Positions 1 to 9,894 of a stretch of DNA of 32,000 nt are shown in pieces. Source of the stretch: Natronobacillus azotifigens (lineage in GTDB: Bacteria > Bacillota > Bacilli > Bacillales > Amphibacillaceae); assembly GCF_026805325.1 (NCBI RefSeq), contig NZ_JAPRAT010000028.1, positions 2,249 through 34,248 of the forward strand, given 5' to 3'. The translations under genes and the position numbers were made by a program. Under the pieces are notes generated by a model. It ran no database searches. It saw nothing but the letters and a program-made list of their open reading frames with translations, and was not told where the DNA came from. How positions within the stretch are numbered: the stretch's first letter is position 1; each line of letters starts with the position of its first letter.

Positions 1-636
1 CTTTACTACGATTCGATCAATCACTACCTCAATGGAATGTTTGTTGTTTTTCTCTAATGTAATATCCTCACTAATTTCGCGCATTTCTCCGTCAATACGA
101 AGGCGAATATATCCTTCTTGTTTAAGCTTATCTAATACCTTTACGTGACCGCCTTTACGACCTGATATAACAGGTGCTAAGATTTGTAGTTTTGTTCGTT
201 CTGGATAATCTAATATTCGATCAACCATTTGTTCAACCGTTTGTGAGGTAATTTCCGTTCCGTGCTTTGGACAAGTAGGATGCCCAACTCTAGCAAATAA
301 AAGACGTAAATAATCATAGATTTCTGTCACTGTTGCAACCGTTGAACGAGGATTTCTACTTGTCGTTTTTTGATCAATTGAAATAGCCGGTGATAAACCC
401 TCGATCGTGTCCACATCCGGTTTGTCCATTTGCCCTAAGAATTGACGGGCATACGCCGATAGTGATTCCACATAACGGCGTTGGCCCTCCGCATAAATCG
501 TATCAAAAGCAAGCGATGATTTTCCTGATCCTGACAAACCTGTTAGGACAACCAGTTTATCTTTAGGGATGTCCACATCAATATTTTTCAGGTTATGCGC
601 TCTTGCTCCTTTTATCGTAATATGTTTTTTAACCAT
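1..636 (-). CDS. uvrA: excinuclease ABC subunit A (UvrA), N-terminal 212 codons; gene continues past the left edge
   Basis: The reverse strand is open from position 1 to the ATG at 636. It translates [76 protein letters not shown]..., a canonical UvrA N-terminus with Walker [10 protein letters not shown]. The ATG lies 6 nt after the uvrB stop, and an SD (GAAGGATGA) sits inside the uvrB 3' end. It is absent from the ORF track because it is truncated by the window edge. Confidence 0.95.
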   Translation of the reverse strand, partial: MVKKHITIKGARAHNLKNIDVDIPKDKLVVLTGLSGSGKSSLAFDTIYAEGQRRYVESLSAYARQFLGQMDKPDVDTIEGLSPAISIDQKTTSRNPRSTVATVTEIYDYLRLLFARVGHPTCPKHGTEITSQTVEQMVDRILDYPERTKLQILAPVISGRKGGHVKVLDKLKQEGYIRLRIDGEMREISEDITLEKNNKHSIEVVIDRIVVK

Positions 637-642
637 CTACAC

Positions 643-2625
643 TCATCCTTCCGCTTTCAGTTCCAAAACTAAATCACGTAGTTCGGCAGCTTTTTCAAAG
701 TTTAATTCTCTAGCTGCTTGCTTCATTTCATGTTCCATTGTTTCAATTAGTTTCGTACGTTCTTTCTTCGTCATCTTACTGAGGTTCGGTTTGTTTTCTT
801 GATATTCCGCTTGATCCTCGGCAGCAATTGTTGCACGGATCACATCACGAACTTCTTTCTTAATTGTTTTCGGTGTAATACCATGTTTTTCGTTGTAAGC
901 GATCTGTTTTTCTCGTCTACGTTCTGTTTCTTCTATCGCACGTTTCATGGAATCCGTAATCCGATCCGCATACATGATGACTTGCCCATTTTCATTACGA
1001 GCAGCTCGTCCCATGGTTTGAATTAACGATCTATCTGAACGCAAGAAGCCTTCTTTATCAGCATCTAGTATCGCTACAAGGGAAACTTCAGGAATGTCTA
1101 GCCCTTCTCGTAAAAGATTAATACCGATTAATACATCGTATTTACCTACACGTAAATCACGGATGATTTCAATCCGCTCTAACGTCTTGATTTCCGAATG
1201 TAAATAAGCCACCTTCATTCCGATTTCTTTTAAATAATCGGTCAAATCTTCCGACATTTTTTTCGTTAATGTAGTCACAAGCACACGTTCATTACGCCCT
1301 ATTCGTTGATTAATTTCCCCAATTAAATGATCAATTTGACCATCAATTGGACGAATTTCAACTTTTGGATCAAGCAATCCAGTAGGACGAATGATTTGTT
1401 CCGTCATTTTTGGAGTATGTTCCAATTCATAAGGACCAGGAGTCGCAGAAATAAACATAAATTGATGAGCTTTCTGTTCAAATTCCTCAAATGTCAATGG
1501 ACGGTTATCCATGGCAGAAGGAAGACGAAAACCATGATCAACGAGTACTTGCTTTCGTGCTTTATCACCATTGAACATCCCACGCACTTGCGGTAAAGTC
1601 ACATGCGACTCATCTATAACGATCATAAAATCATCAGGAAAATAATCAATTAAAGTGTATGGTGTAGAACCAGGTTCACGTAAAGTAAGGTGACGTGAGT
1701 AATTTTCAATCCCAGAACAAAAACCCATTTCTTCCATCATTTCTAAATCATAACGTGTTCGCTGTTCAATTCGTTGTGCTTCTAATAACTTATCGTTTTC
1801 TCTAAAATATTTCAGTTGCTCTTCTAATTCTGCTTCAATATTTTTCATTGCGATTTTTAATTTATCTTCTCCAGTTACGAAGTGGGATGCAGGGAAAATG
1901 GCGATATGCTCTCGATCACCAATAATTTCACCCGTTAAAGCGTCTACCTCACGTATACGGTCGATCTCATCACCAAAAAACTCAACACGAACACAATGTT
2001 CTTCTCGAGAAGCAGGAATAATCTCAACAGAGTCCCCCCGCACTCGGAATGTTCCACGTTGAAAGTCAATATCGTTACGTGCATACTGAATATCCACGAG
2101 ATTGCGCAAAAGTTGATCTCGATCCTTCTCCATTCCGGTTCGAATCGATAACACTTGTTTGCGGTATTCTTCTGGTGAACCTAAGCCGTAAATACAGGAA
2201 ACACTTGCGACTACAAGTACATCGTTCCGTTCAAACAAGGAAGATGTTGCGGAGTGCCTAAGTTTATCAATTTCATCATTAATGCTAGCATCTTTTTCGA
2301 TAAATGTATCCGTAGATGGCACATAAGCCTCTGGCTGGTAGTAATCATAATAACTAACAAAATATTCTACTGCATTATTAGGAAAAAACTCTTTGAATTC
2401 ACTATATAGTTGGCCAGCCAACGTTTTATTATGGGCAATAACCAAGGTCGGTTTTTTCACTTCTTGAATCACATTAGAAACAGTGAACGTTTTCCCTGTT
2501 CCGGTCGCCCCTAACAATGTCTGGGCGCGCTTCCCTTCTTTAATTCCAGAGACAAGCTCAGCTATCGCTTTTGGTTGGTCCCCTTCCGGTTGATAATTTG
2601 ATACTAACTCAAATGATTGATCCAC
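643..2625 (-). CDS. uvrB: excinuclease ABC subunit B (UvrB)
   Basis: The track ORF 643..2679 is a full-length UvrB, with Walker [21 protein letters not shown], helicase C motifs, and the C-terminal UVR helix [22 protein letters not shown] place the start at GTG 2625. It is preceded by GGAGG (2639..2635) at a 9-nt spacing and gives [18 protein letters not shown], the usual UvrB N-terminus. The longer ATG at 2679 directly abuts the predicted -10 box. Confidence 0.93.
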   Translation of the reverse strand: MDQSFELVSNYQPEGDQPKAIAELVSGIKEGKRAQTLLGATGTGKTFTVSNVIQEVKKPTLVIAHNKTLAGQLYSEFKEFFPNNAVEYFVSYYDYYQPEAYVPSTDTFIEKDASINDEIDKLRHSATSSLFERNDVLVVASVSCIYGLGSPEEYRKQVLSIRTGMEKDRDQLLRNLVDIQYARNDIDFQRGTFRVRGDSVEIIPASREEHCVRVEFFGDEIDRIREVDALTGEIIGDREHIAIFPASHFVTGEDKLKIAMKNIEAELEEQLKYFRENDKLLEAQRIEQRTRYDLEMMEEMGFCSGIENYSRHLTLREPGSTPYTLIDYFPDDFMIVIDESHVTLPQVRGMFNGDKARKQVLVDHGFRLPSAMDNRPLTFEEFEQKAHQFMFISATPGPYELEHTPKMTEQIIRPTGLLDPKVEIRPIDGQIDHLIGEINQRIGRNERVLVTTLTKKMSEDLTDYLKEIGMKVAYLHSEIKTLERIEIIRDLRVGKYDVLIGINLLREGLDIPEVSLVAILDADKEGFLRSDRSLIQTMGRAARNENGQVIMYADRITDSMKRAIEETERRREKQIAYNEKHGITPKTIKKEVRDVIRATIAAEDQAEYQENKPNLSKMTKKERTKLIETMEHEMKQAARELNFEKAAELRDLVLELKAEG

Positions 2626-2679
2626 GATTGCATTCCTCCATTCTCTTAAAAGATTCCCGCTTCTATATTTTCTAACCAT

Positions 2680-2709
2680 ATTATACTATATGTTCACATA
2701 TAATGCGAA
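2680..2709 (-). promoter_or_regulatory. candidate sigma-A promoter of uvrBA
   Basis: On the minus strand there is a -10 TATAAT (2685..2680) and a -35 TTCGCA (2709..2704) with an 18-nt spacer. This rests on motif match only. Confidence 0.4.
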
Positions 2710-2719
2710 CGAACATTCG
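2706..2719 (-). promoter_or_regulatory. candidate LexA (SOS / Cheo) box
   Basis: The minus strand reads CGAATGTTCGTTCG against the Bacillus consensus CGAAC-N4-GTTCG, with one mismatch in the left GAAC core. It overlaps the putative -35 of uvrB, and uvrBA is LexA-regulated in B. subtilis. Confidence 0.45.
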
Positions 2720-2738
2720 TGTTATGACGAAAAATTAC

Positions 2739-2772
2739 GAAGAAGCTTGAGGAAATAACCCTCAAGCTTCTC
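2739..2772 (-). terminator. stem-loop terminator downstream of prfC
   Basis: A perfect 12-bp stem AGAAGCTTGAGG / CCTCAAGCTTCT (2741-2752 and 2760-2771) encloses a 7-nt loop. It starts 11 nt after the prfC stop. On the minus strand the U run (TAATTTTT) is displaced by a few nt; on the plus strand CTTTTAT follows directly. Confidence 0.55.
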
Positions 2773-2782
2773 TTTTATCCAT

Positions 2783-4369
2783 CTAATACGATTGATCATA
2801 CTTATTTACTTCAAATAAATCAATTAATTTGATGTCTTTATGTTTATCTTCAAACCAACGAAGCGCAAAATCATTTTTAAATAGAACTAAAAATCCACCT
2901 TCTCTATCTTTAACCAACAAGTTACGTTCGTCGAATAAGGTTGTGTCTACTTGTTCTAATTCCAACCAACGAGGTATTCGCTCACCAATTGATTCTAGCA
3001 TTACATCCACATTATACTCGTGTTTCATGCGATGTTCAAATACTTGGTACTGCAGTTCCCCAACCGCTCCAATAATATAGGTTTCCATCGGATGCCCCGT
3101 AAATAATTGAATCGCACCTTCCTGTACTAACTGCTCTAAACCTTTTTTAAATTGCTTCGACTTCATAACGTTTTTGGCAGTTACTCGTTTAAACAGTTCT
3201 GGTGGAAACTGTGGTAGTTCATCATAAACAAAATTGTCTTTACCTGTGAGAAGTGTATCCCCAATCCGATATACACCAGGATCATAGATACCGATAATAT
3301 CTCCAGGATATGCTTCATCTACCGTGTCCCGAGAGGATGCAACAAATTGTTGTGTTTGTGATAGCTTGATCGTTTTGTTTGTTCTCGGTAACTTGACTGT
3401 CATTCCTCGTTCAAATTTACCCGAACACACGCGTAAAAATGCAACACGATCACGATGTGCTGGATTCATGTTTGCTTGAATTTTAAAAATAAAACCCGAG
3501 AAATCCTCTCGTTCTGGTTGAATCAATCCTTCTGTTGTTTTTCTAGGCTTTGGATTCGGTGCCATATCAATAAACGTATCAAAGAACGTTTCTACACCAA
3601 ATGGTGCTAATGCGCTACCGAAGAATACTGGCGTTTGTTCTCCTCTTAGAATGGCATCTATAGAAAACTCATCACCTGCTTCATCTAACAGAGCCAACTC
3701 ATCTTTTGTCTCTTCATAGGTCGGATTCTGCACCAACTCTTCATGTTCTGGTTGTTCTAATTGTTCATATGGAATGAAAGTTTCTGCTTCATTTCCATTG
3801 AATTTCACAAACTGTTTATGGTAACGATCAAAAATACCTAAAAACCGTTTTCCCATTCCTGCAGGCCAATTCATTGGATATGTTTCAATGTCTAATACTT
3901 CTTCAATTTGCTCCAATAATTCTAACGGCTCCCGACCTTCACGATCCATTTTATTGATAAAAGTAAAAATAGGAATCCCTCTCATTTTACATACTTTGAA
4001 CAATTTGATCGTTTGCGCTTCAATCCCTTTTGTTGCGTCAATAATCATAACAACACTATCCACAGCCGTTAAGGTACGATACGTATCCTCACTAAAATCT
4101 TCGTGACCAGGAGTATCCAAGATATTCACCTTAAAATCTTTATACGGGAAATTCATTACACTGGAAGTTACCGAAATACCACGTTGTTTTTCGATTTCCA
4201 TCCAGTCAGATGTAGCGAACTTGCCTGATTTCTTCCCTTTTACCGTCCCGGCTGAACGGATTAAATTACCGAAAAGAAGCAATTTTTCTGTTAATGTCGT
4301 TTTCCCGGCATCCGGGTGAGATATAATCGCAAATGTTTTTCGTTTTGACACTTCACTTTTTAAAGTCAT
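2783..4369 (-). CDS. prfC: peptide chain release factor 3 (RF3), translational GTPase
   Basis: The 528-aa ORF carries G1 [13 protein letters not shown]3 DTPGHEDF and G4 NKMD, with RF3-type length and domain order. The SD GAGAGGGA lies 8 nt upstream of the ATG. Confidence 0.92.
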   Translation of the reverse strand: MTLKSEVSKRKTFAIISHPDAGKTTLTEKLLLFGNLIRSAGTVKGKKSGKFATSDWMEIEKQRGISVTSSVMNFPYKDFKVNILDTPGHEDFSEDTYRTLTAVDSVVMIIDATKGIEAQTIKLFKVCKMRGIPIFTFINKMDREGREPLELLEQIEEVLDIETYPMNWPAGMGKRFLGIFDRYHKQFVKFNGNEAETFIPYEQLEQPEHEELVQNPTYEETKDELALLDEAGDEFSIDAILRGEQTPVFFGSALAPFGVETFFDTFIDMAPNPKPRKTTEGLIQPEREDFSGFIFKIQANMNPAHRDRVAFLRVCSGKFERGMTVKLPRTNKTIKLSQTQQFVASSRDTVDEAYPGDIIGIYDPGVYRIGDTLLTGKDNFVYDELPQFPPELFKRVTAKNVMKSKQFKKGLEQLVQEGAIQLFTGHPMETYIIGAVGELQYQVFEHRMKHEYNVDVMLESIGERIPRWLELEQVDTTLFDERNLLVKDREGGFLVLFKNDFALRWFEDKHKDIKLIDLFEVNKYDQSY

Positions 4370-4486
4370 TATTTTAAATCCCTCTCATTTCTTATATTTG
4401 TATAGTATTTTCTATAGGGGATTTCACATTTTTTATGCTCCTTTAAAAACATTACCTATACGAAGTAAAAGTTATTATGTAAATAA

Positions 4487-4666
4487 TTTATCCCGGAGCA
4501 ATCGTTCGTAAGACTCCCACTTCAAAACACCGAGAATATCAAGTGGTTTACGTGAGAGTAACGGACGCTAACACCCCCAAGGTTTTAAGGGCCTTTAGGT
4601 CATCTTTTAGAACTAACAATCGTGGGGGAATACCAAAAACCCTCACTGATTGAAGTTTCACTTTAT
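4487..4666 (+). repeat. intergenic repeat, copy A (full length, 180 nt)
   Basis: Strand convention for this family: + means the strand on which the element reads TTTATCCCGGAGCAA ... CTGATTGAAGTTTCACTTTAT.
Copy A aligns collinearly with the reverse complement of copy F (28232..28414). By hand alignment the two are roughly 85-90% identical.
Hairpin 1 is CAATCGTGGGGG (4617-4628) paired with CCCTCACTGATTG (4640-4652). TTTAT sits at both ends (4487-4491 and 4662-4666).
The copy lies in the divergent prfC / SNF2 intergenic region. Confidence 0.9.
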
Positions 4667-4768
4667 ATAGATAAGCTGAAAGTATATACACGTTACTGAA
4701 AATAGCATAGTTTTTTTAATAAAGTCAACTATTATTTCTATCTATACTCGTTTGTTTCGCTATTTCTT

Positions 4769-4777
4769 TGTTATAAT
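4769..4777 (+). promoter_or_regulatory. candidate extended -10 promoter for the SNF2 gene
   Basis: TGTTATAAT (TGnTATAAT) lies 36 nt upstream of the ATG at 4813. There is no good -35. Confidence 0.35.
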
Positions 4778-4812
4778 GAGCGGATAGACTTTTTTTATTT
4801 AAGGAGAACATC

Positions 4813-7800
4813 ATGCGCGCTATTTTTTTAGAACAACAAGATATTATTAAAATTACTGGGCAACGTTTTTACAAAAGAGGTTATGAGTATTTTAAAAAAG
4901 GAAGAATACATGGGCTTAACTATAATCCAATGATCGATTCTTGGAGTGCTCAAGTTCGTGGTGCACAAAACTATCAGGTGCGTGTCTTCTTTTTCGAAAA
5001 CGAAGAATTAGAAGCAAAGTGTAATTGCCCCGCATATGAAACGCACTACACTTGTAAGCACATTGCAGCGGTCTTACTGTCGATTACTCAGCAAAGTCAA
5101 CGGCATGACAAACAAGATCGTTATAAAACAAAACAAGCGGAAAAGCAAACGGCTTCAATGAGTGATCCTTTTCCTTTGCGGATGATCGAAGCCTTTGAAA
5201 CCATTCATACGCCTCAAAACCAAAGTACAAATTTTTTACAAGTCGATTATATGTTGTCTTTAAAGAAAGGTATATCAAGCAACCAATCCATGCTTACGGT
5301 AGAGTTAAAGGTTGGTGAACATCAACTCTATATTATTAAAGATATTCGTGATTTTTTAATTGTCGTCCAAAACGAACAACTTTTTGATGTTACAAAAAAA
5401 TTCACCTACGATCCAAGGAAACATGTATTTTCAGAAGATGATCAACAGCTGTTAAACAACCTATTTGAGGCGCAGCAACAAGAGTCGATCTATGCTAGTG
5501 ATTATTATGAACACGATAAAAGATCGCTATGCCTTCCAGCTTATTTAGTAGACTCATTCCTTAATACTATTGGCAACTTACCACACTCCCTAACAACCGA
5601 AACAGGTGAGGTGTTAACTGAGATCAAACGACATGACCAAATACCAAAATTGGTTTTCCCTGTTGAAATGGAAAGCGAACAAACTTTTTTAATCGATTTT
5701 TCTGATTTATTTATTTATCGATATTTAACGAACTATGGTTATTTGTTAAAAGAAAATAATTTTTATAAATTATCGACAGAACAACGAACCATTATTGATC
5801 AATTATATCGACTTCTTCCTTACCGGAATAAACAATCGCACCGAATTACAAATGAGACAATGGGAACATTCACTTCACATGTTATCCCTGTTTTAGAAAA
5901 AATCGGTAAAATTCATTATTCAATGGAAGCAGAAAGAAAGATACTATCTTTTCCTTTGGAAACAAAGATTTATTTTGAAGAAAAGAAAAATGCATTGTCT
6001 GCCACTATCACTTTTGATTATGGACCATATCAGTTCTTAGCCTTTCAAAAGAAATCAAACAATGATGCCGTAATCAAACGTGATGCCATAAAAGAGACTA
6101 GAATTATTAACTTACTTGAGCAAGCAGGTTTTCATTATCTTAACCAACATTTTCAACTGTTTAATCATGCTCAAATTTATCAATTTCTCCATGAAGGATT
6201 AGAGGAATTAGAAAACCATGCTACAATTTTTCTGTCCGATCAAGTGGAAAACTTGCTTTCAGATAATGAACCAATCTTAGAAACAAACATTGGTGTAAAC
6301 AAAACAACAGGTATGCTTGATATTTCTTTTGATATGGAAGGAATATCAGGCCAAGAAGTACAAGCTGTATTGCAAGCATTAGTGGAAAAGAAACAATATT
6401 ATCGTGTCACGGACGGGCCATTATTGAAATTAGATGACGAATCCTTTCTTTCCTTCCAAGCCTTTGCTGAAACGTTGCAATTAAAGAAGAAAGACCTGAC
6501 TAACTCACAGATAGAACTAAGCGCTGCACGTAGTTTTCAAGTGGAAGATAGTTTTTCACCAGAAGTTGCCCGTTACCAAACGACATTTAATCATTTATTA
6601 ACCAATTTAACGCATCCTCAAGATACCACTGTAAACGTTCCTTCTACGTTAAAAGCTACGTTACGTGATTATCAAACAACAGGATTCTATTGGTTAAAGT
6701 CGCTTTCTAGATATAAACTCGGTGGAATTTTGGCTGATGAGATGGGGCTTGGTAAAACCATACAAACTATTTCCTTTTTACTAAGTGAACAAGAGGAAAA
6801 AGGAACAGAACACTATCAAGCAATGGTGATCGCACCAGCATCACTTGTATATAACTGGAAAAAAGAAATAGAAAAGTTTGCTCCCTCACTCACCACCAAA
6901 ATTATCATAGGAACAAAATCGGAACGTGAAAAGCAAATACAAGCAGATAAACAAGTGAATATTTTCATTACTTCATACCCACTAATTCGTAAAGACATTG
7001 AACTGTATGAAAGCTATGAATTTGATGCACTAATTTTGGATGAGGCACAGGCCATAAAGAACCATTTGACGTTAACTGCGAGAGCCACTAGACTTATTCA
7101 AGCCAAACAACGCTTTGCCTTAAGTGGAACGCCAATTGAAAATGGACTTGAGGAATTATGGTCTATTTTTCAAACGATCTCACCAGGCTTTCTAAGTACA
7201 AAAAGACACTTCTTATCACTAAACATAGATTACGTAAAAAGAATAACTCGCCCATTTATTTTACGACGTTTAAAAGAAGAGGTTTTGTCTGAACTACCAG
7301 CCAAAATAGAAACAGAACAATATGCAGAGTTAACCAAACAGCAAAAAGAAGTCTATCTCGCATATTTAGAGAAAATGCAAACAAGTTTAGCTGAGACGAT
7401 TGATTCGAACGAGTTTAATAAAAGAAAATTAGAGGTCCTAGCGGGTTTAACACGATTGCGGCAAATATGTTGCCATCCTTCATTGTTTCTAGAAAACTAC
7501 GAGGGGCAATCAGGGAAATTAGAACATTTACAATCATTAGTTACCGAGTTAAGAGCAAACGGAAAACGGCCACTAATCTTTTCACAGTTTTCAAGTATGT
7601 TGAAGATCATCCACGACAGATTAGCTTCTGAAGGACACAAACTCTTTTATTTAGACGGTTCTACTCCTTCACAAGAAAGAGTGGAAATGGCTGATGCCTT
7701 TAATGATGGTGAAAAAGATATCTTTCTCATTTCATTAAAAGCCGGGGGTACAGGACTAAATTTAACTGGAGCTGATACAGTAATTTTGTATGACTTATGG

Positions 7801-8025
7801 TGGAATCCTGCTGTTGAGGCACAAGCAGCTGGTAGAGCACATCGGATCGGCCAAAAAAATGTTGTTCAAGTGATTCGATTAATTACTACAGGTACAATTG
7901 AAGAAAAAATCTATCAACTTCAAGCCAAAAAGCGGGAACTTGTTGATCAAGTGATTCAACCAGGAGAAACGATGCTTACTTCCCTGACAAAAGATGAATT
8001 ACAAGAATTACTAGCGATACAGTAA
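4813..8025 (+). CDS. SWIM zinc-finger / SNF2-family helicase (YwqA/RapA-like)
   Basis: The 1070-aa ORF has the SD AAGGAGAA 5 nt upstream of its start.
- N-terminal SWIM motif CNCPAYETHYTCKH (CxC-x8-CxH, nt 5020-5061)
- A long middle domain
- SNF2 ATPase motifs LADEMGLGKT (I), LILDEAQAIKN (II), SGTPIEN (III)
- Helicase C motifs LKAGGTGLNLTGADTVILYDLWWNPAVEAQAAGRAHRIGQ. Confidence 0.9.
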   Translation: MRAIFLEQQDIIKITGQRFYKRGYEYFKKGRIHGLNYNPMIDSWSAQVRGAQNYQVRVFFFENEELEAKCNCPAYETHYTCKHIAAVLLSITQQSQRHDKQDRYKTKQAEKQTASMSDPFPLRMIEAFETIHTPQNQSTNFLQVDYMLSLKKGISSNQSMLTVELKVGEHQLYIIKDIRDFLIVVQNEQLFDVTKKFTYDPRKHVFSEDDQQLLNNLFEAQQQESIYASDYYEHDKRSLCLPAYLVDSFLNTIGNLPHSLTTETGEVLTEIKRHDQIPKLVFPVEMESEQTFLIDFSDLFIYRYLTNYGYLLKENNFYKLSTEQRTIIDQLYRLLPYRNKQSHRITNETMGTFTSHVIPVLEKIGKIHYSMEAERKILSFPLETKIYFEEKKNALSATITFDYGPYQFLAFQKKSNNDAVIKRDAIKETRIINLLEQAGFHYLNQHFQLFNHAQIYQFLHEGLEELENHATIFLSDQVENLLSDNEPILETNIGVNKTTGMLDISFDMEGISGQEVQAVLQALVEKKQYYRVTDGPLLKLDDESFLSFQAFAETLQLKKKDLTNSQIELSAARSFQVEDSFSPEVARYQTTFNHLLTNLTHPQDTTVNVPSTLKATLRDYQTTGFYWLKSLSRYKLGGILADEMGLGKTIQTISFLLSEQEEKGTEHYQAMVIAPASLVYNWKKEIEKFAPSLTTKIIIGTKSEREKQIQADKQVNIFITSYPLIRKDIELYESYEFDALILDEAQAIKNHLTLTARATRLIQAKQRFALSGTPIENGLEELWSIFQTISPGFLSTKRHFLSLNIDYVKRITRPFILRRLKEEVLSELPAKIETEQYAELTKQQKEVYLAYLEKMQTSLAETIDSNEFNKRKLEVLAGLTRLRQICCHPSLFLENYEGQSGKLEHLQSLVTELRANGKRPLIFSQFSSMLKIIHDRLASEGHKLFYLDGSTPSQERVEMADAFNDGEKDIFLISLKAGGTGLNLTGADTVILYDLWWNPAVEAQAAGRAHRIGQKNVVQVIRLITTGTIEEKIYQLQAKKRELVDQVIQPGETMLTSLTKDELQELLAIQ

Positions 8026-8057
8026 CAAAAAAATATGCAAAACTTACTTCAAGAGGC

Positions 8058-8110
8058 AAAAAAAGAACCCAACCATATTTCCGGGGAAATAAAATGGTTG
8101 GGTTCTTTTT
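8058..8110. terminator. bidirectional rho-independent terminator (SNF2 gene / floT convergent pair)
   Basis: The stem GAACCCAACCA (8065-8075) pairs with TGGTTGGGTTC (8095-8105). It is flanked by an A-run on the left and a T-run on the right, so there is a U tract in both orientations. The right arm overlaps the floT stop codon. Confidence 0.8.
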
Positions 8111-9629
8111 ATTCTTGTTCTTCTTCGGCAACATGCTCTGCTTCTCGGTCAGTCTCTTCGGTATTCGATGTATTTTCTGGTACACTTAATTCGAACTTAT
8201 CGTCACTTTTTTTCGAAAGGTTATTCAATATTTCACTCAAATCAATTCCAGTCATTTGAGATAGACTTTCCTGTAACTTCACCATCGTACCTGTAACTCC
8301 ATCAGACAAACTTCGAACTCCATTACCATTTCCGCTTCCTCCACCATCTATAATTCGTATGGATTCAACATTAGCTAACGGTTCTGATACTGCTCTCGCA
8401 AACTCTGGTAGCATATTGATAATCATTTCGGACATCATTACTTCTTCATTCTTCGCTAATGCTTCTGCTCGTCGTTCGATTGCTTCTATTTCTGCTATGC
8501 TGGTCTGTCTAATTACCTCTGCTTCCGCTTGCCCTGCTTTTTTCTTTGCTTCTGCTTCTGCCTCTGCCTTCTTGATTTGTTCATAATATTCGGCATCTGC
8601 TTTTTCTTTTCGAACCTTTGCTTCTTCTTGCTCCAGTTTTACATTTCTTTCTCTTTCCATTTGCATTAACCGTAATTCTTCTTCCTTATTTTGACTAATT
8701 ACTTTTAGTCGTTCTTTTTCCACCTCTAGTTCTCGTTCTGCTTGCTCTAATGCATAAGCTGCTTCTGTTTTCGCTCTTGCTCTTTCTGTCTCTTCTTTGA
8801 ACATCGCATCTTTTAATTCTTTTTCTTTCCGCGCTTCAGCGATTGAAACTTCTCGTTCATACTCTTCCTTTTTCGTTTCTTCGTTCATCTTTGCACTATG
8901 CACTTTCGTATCTCTCGTATTACTAGCTTCTGCCATGTCTGCTACACGTTTTACTTCTGCTGCACGTTTACGACCCAAATTGACCAGGTACTGACTGCCA
9001 TCAGCATCCCTTATATCGGTTAAACCTAAACTAGTAATCTTAAAGCCCATATCATCTAATTGTTGCTGAGCAATATCCCTCACTTCTGTATTAAAACTTT
9101 CTCGATCATTATTAATTTGTTCTACGGTCATTTTTGATAAAATTGCTCGTAAATTAGAACCCAATACTCCTGCAACATCTGCTTCAATATCTTTTTGTTT
9201 ACGTCCGAGGAATTGTTCGGCATATTTAGCTGTTCCTTGTAAATTATCTGCTACCTTTAACATTGCAATAGCATCAGCTTCAATTGGCACACCTTCTAAT
9301 GTATATACTTTTGGTGTCGTAATGTCTAACTGAAAAGCGTTTAAGGAAACCTTCTCCGAACTTTGAAAAAGTTTAAGCCGATGTCCGCCACCACGGATAA
9401 TCTTCATGTACCGTCCTTCATTATCTTTGAAAATGCTCGGATCTCTTTCTGGATCACCCAACTTTGGCCCTGTTACGATCAATGCTTCATTTGAAGAAAC
9501 TGTTTTATATCTTATTTTCATATAAATAAACCAAACAACTGAACCTATAATTGTAAAAATAATTGCTACTATTAAAAAAACAATGCCACCAAGAAAACCT
9601 AATAACTCACTCACGTACACACGCTCCAT
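8109..9629 (-). CDS. floT: flotillin-like SPFH/band-7 protein
   Basis: The 506-aa ORF starts with a hydrophobic hairpin (LLGFLGGIVFLIVAIIFTIIGSVVWFIY). An SPFH domain follows, then a long Ala/Glu/Lys-rich coiled region. The length and architecture match B. subtilis FloT (YuaG).
The start is uncertain. ATG 9629 has no spaced SD. The in-frame GTG at 9614 has GGAG 9 nt upstream. Confidence 0.85.
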   Translation of the reverse strand: MERVYVSELLGFLGGIVFLIVAIIFTIIGSVVWFIYMKIRYKTVSSNEALIVTGPKLGDPERDPSIFKDNEGRYMKIIRGGGHRLKLFQSSEKVSLNAFQLDITTPKVYTLEGVPIEADAIAMLKVADNLQGTAKYAEQFLGRKQKDIEADVAGVLGSNLRAILSKMTVEQINNDRESFNTEVRDIAQQQLDDMGFKITSLGLTDIRDADGSQYLVNLGRKRAAEVKRVADMAEASNTRDTKVHSAKMNEETKKEEYEREVSIAEARKEKELKDAMFKEETERARAKTEAAYALEQAERELEVEKERLKVISQNKEEELRLMQMERERNVKLEQEEAKVRKEKADAEYYEQIKKAEAEAEAKKKAGQAEAEVIRQTSIAEIEAIERRAEALAKNEEVMMSEMIINMLPEFARAVSEPLANVESIRIIDGGGSGNGNGVRSLSDGVTGTMVKLQESLSQMTGIDLSEILNNLSKKSDDKFELSVPENTSNTEETDREAEHVAEEEQE

Positions 9630-9662
9630 TCCTGTTGTTTTACTACAACGAAGATCAATCTA

Positions 9663-9771
9663 TTTATCCCCGAGTAACGGACGCTATCACCCCGAAGGCT
9701 TCAAGGGCCTTTAGGGCTAACAATTAGTGAGGAAATACCTAACTCCCCCACTGATTGAAGTTTCACTTTAT
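9663..9771 (+). repeat. intergenic repeat, copy B (internally deleted, 109 nt)
   Basis: The sequence is TTTATCCCCGAG|TAACGGACGCTATCACCCCGAAGGCTTCAAGGGCCTTTAG|GGCTAACAATTAGTGAGG...CCCCACTGATTGAAGTTTCACTTTAT.
Both ends and hairpin 1 are present. The whole left arm and loop of hairpin 2, plus a 12-nt segment, are missing relative to copies A and F.
The copy lies between the minJ stop and the floT start. Confidence 0.88.
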
Positions 9772-9894
9772 CATTGTATGATTACAATTAGTTTTTATTT
9801 CTATTTTCAGATACTTTCATCACAATATTAGGACAGGCTCACAAAAGAACAATGACAACAAATCTAGGTTTAAAGAACACAGGAAAAGTTGTTT

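Noticed and set aside
2626-2679. Longest-ORF N-terminal extensions: uvrB to 2679, minJ-like to 11106, M23 to 14385, ftsX to 15350, xylB to 24557, fliT to 29274
   Set aside because: In each case an internal start has a properly spaced SD and yields the N-terminus typical of the family (or a signal peptide). The upstream start lacks an SD or overlaps the upstream gene or promoter.
2741-2780. The prfC terminator hairpin (TTGAGGAAATAACCCTCAA followed by TTTTATCC) as an eighth copy of the repeat
   Set aside because: The resemblance to the hairpin-1 loop of copy B and to the TTTATCC end is short. The conserved CAATCAGTG / CACTGATTG arms and the GAAGTTTCAC tail are absent, so this is probably chance.
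4813-8025. The SNF2 helicase as the core of a phage-defence system
   Set aside because: There are no adjacent partner genes. The neighbours are housekeeping genes (prfC, flotillin). The gene is monocistronic with its own terminator.
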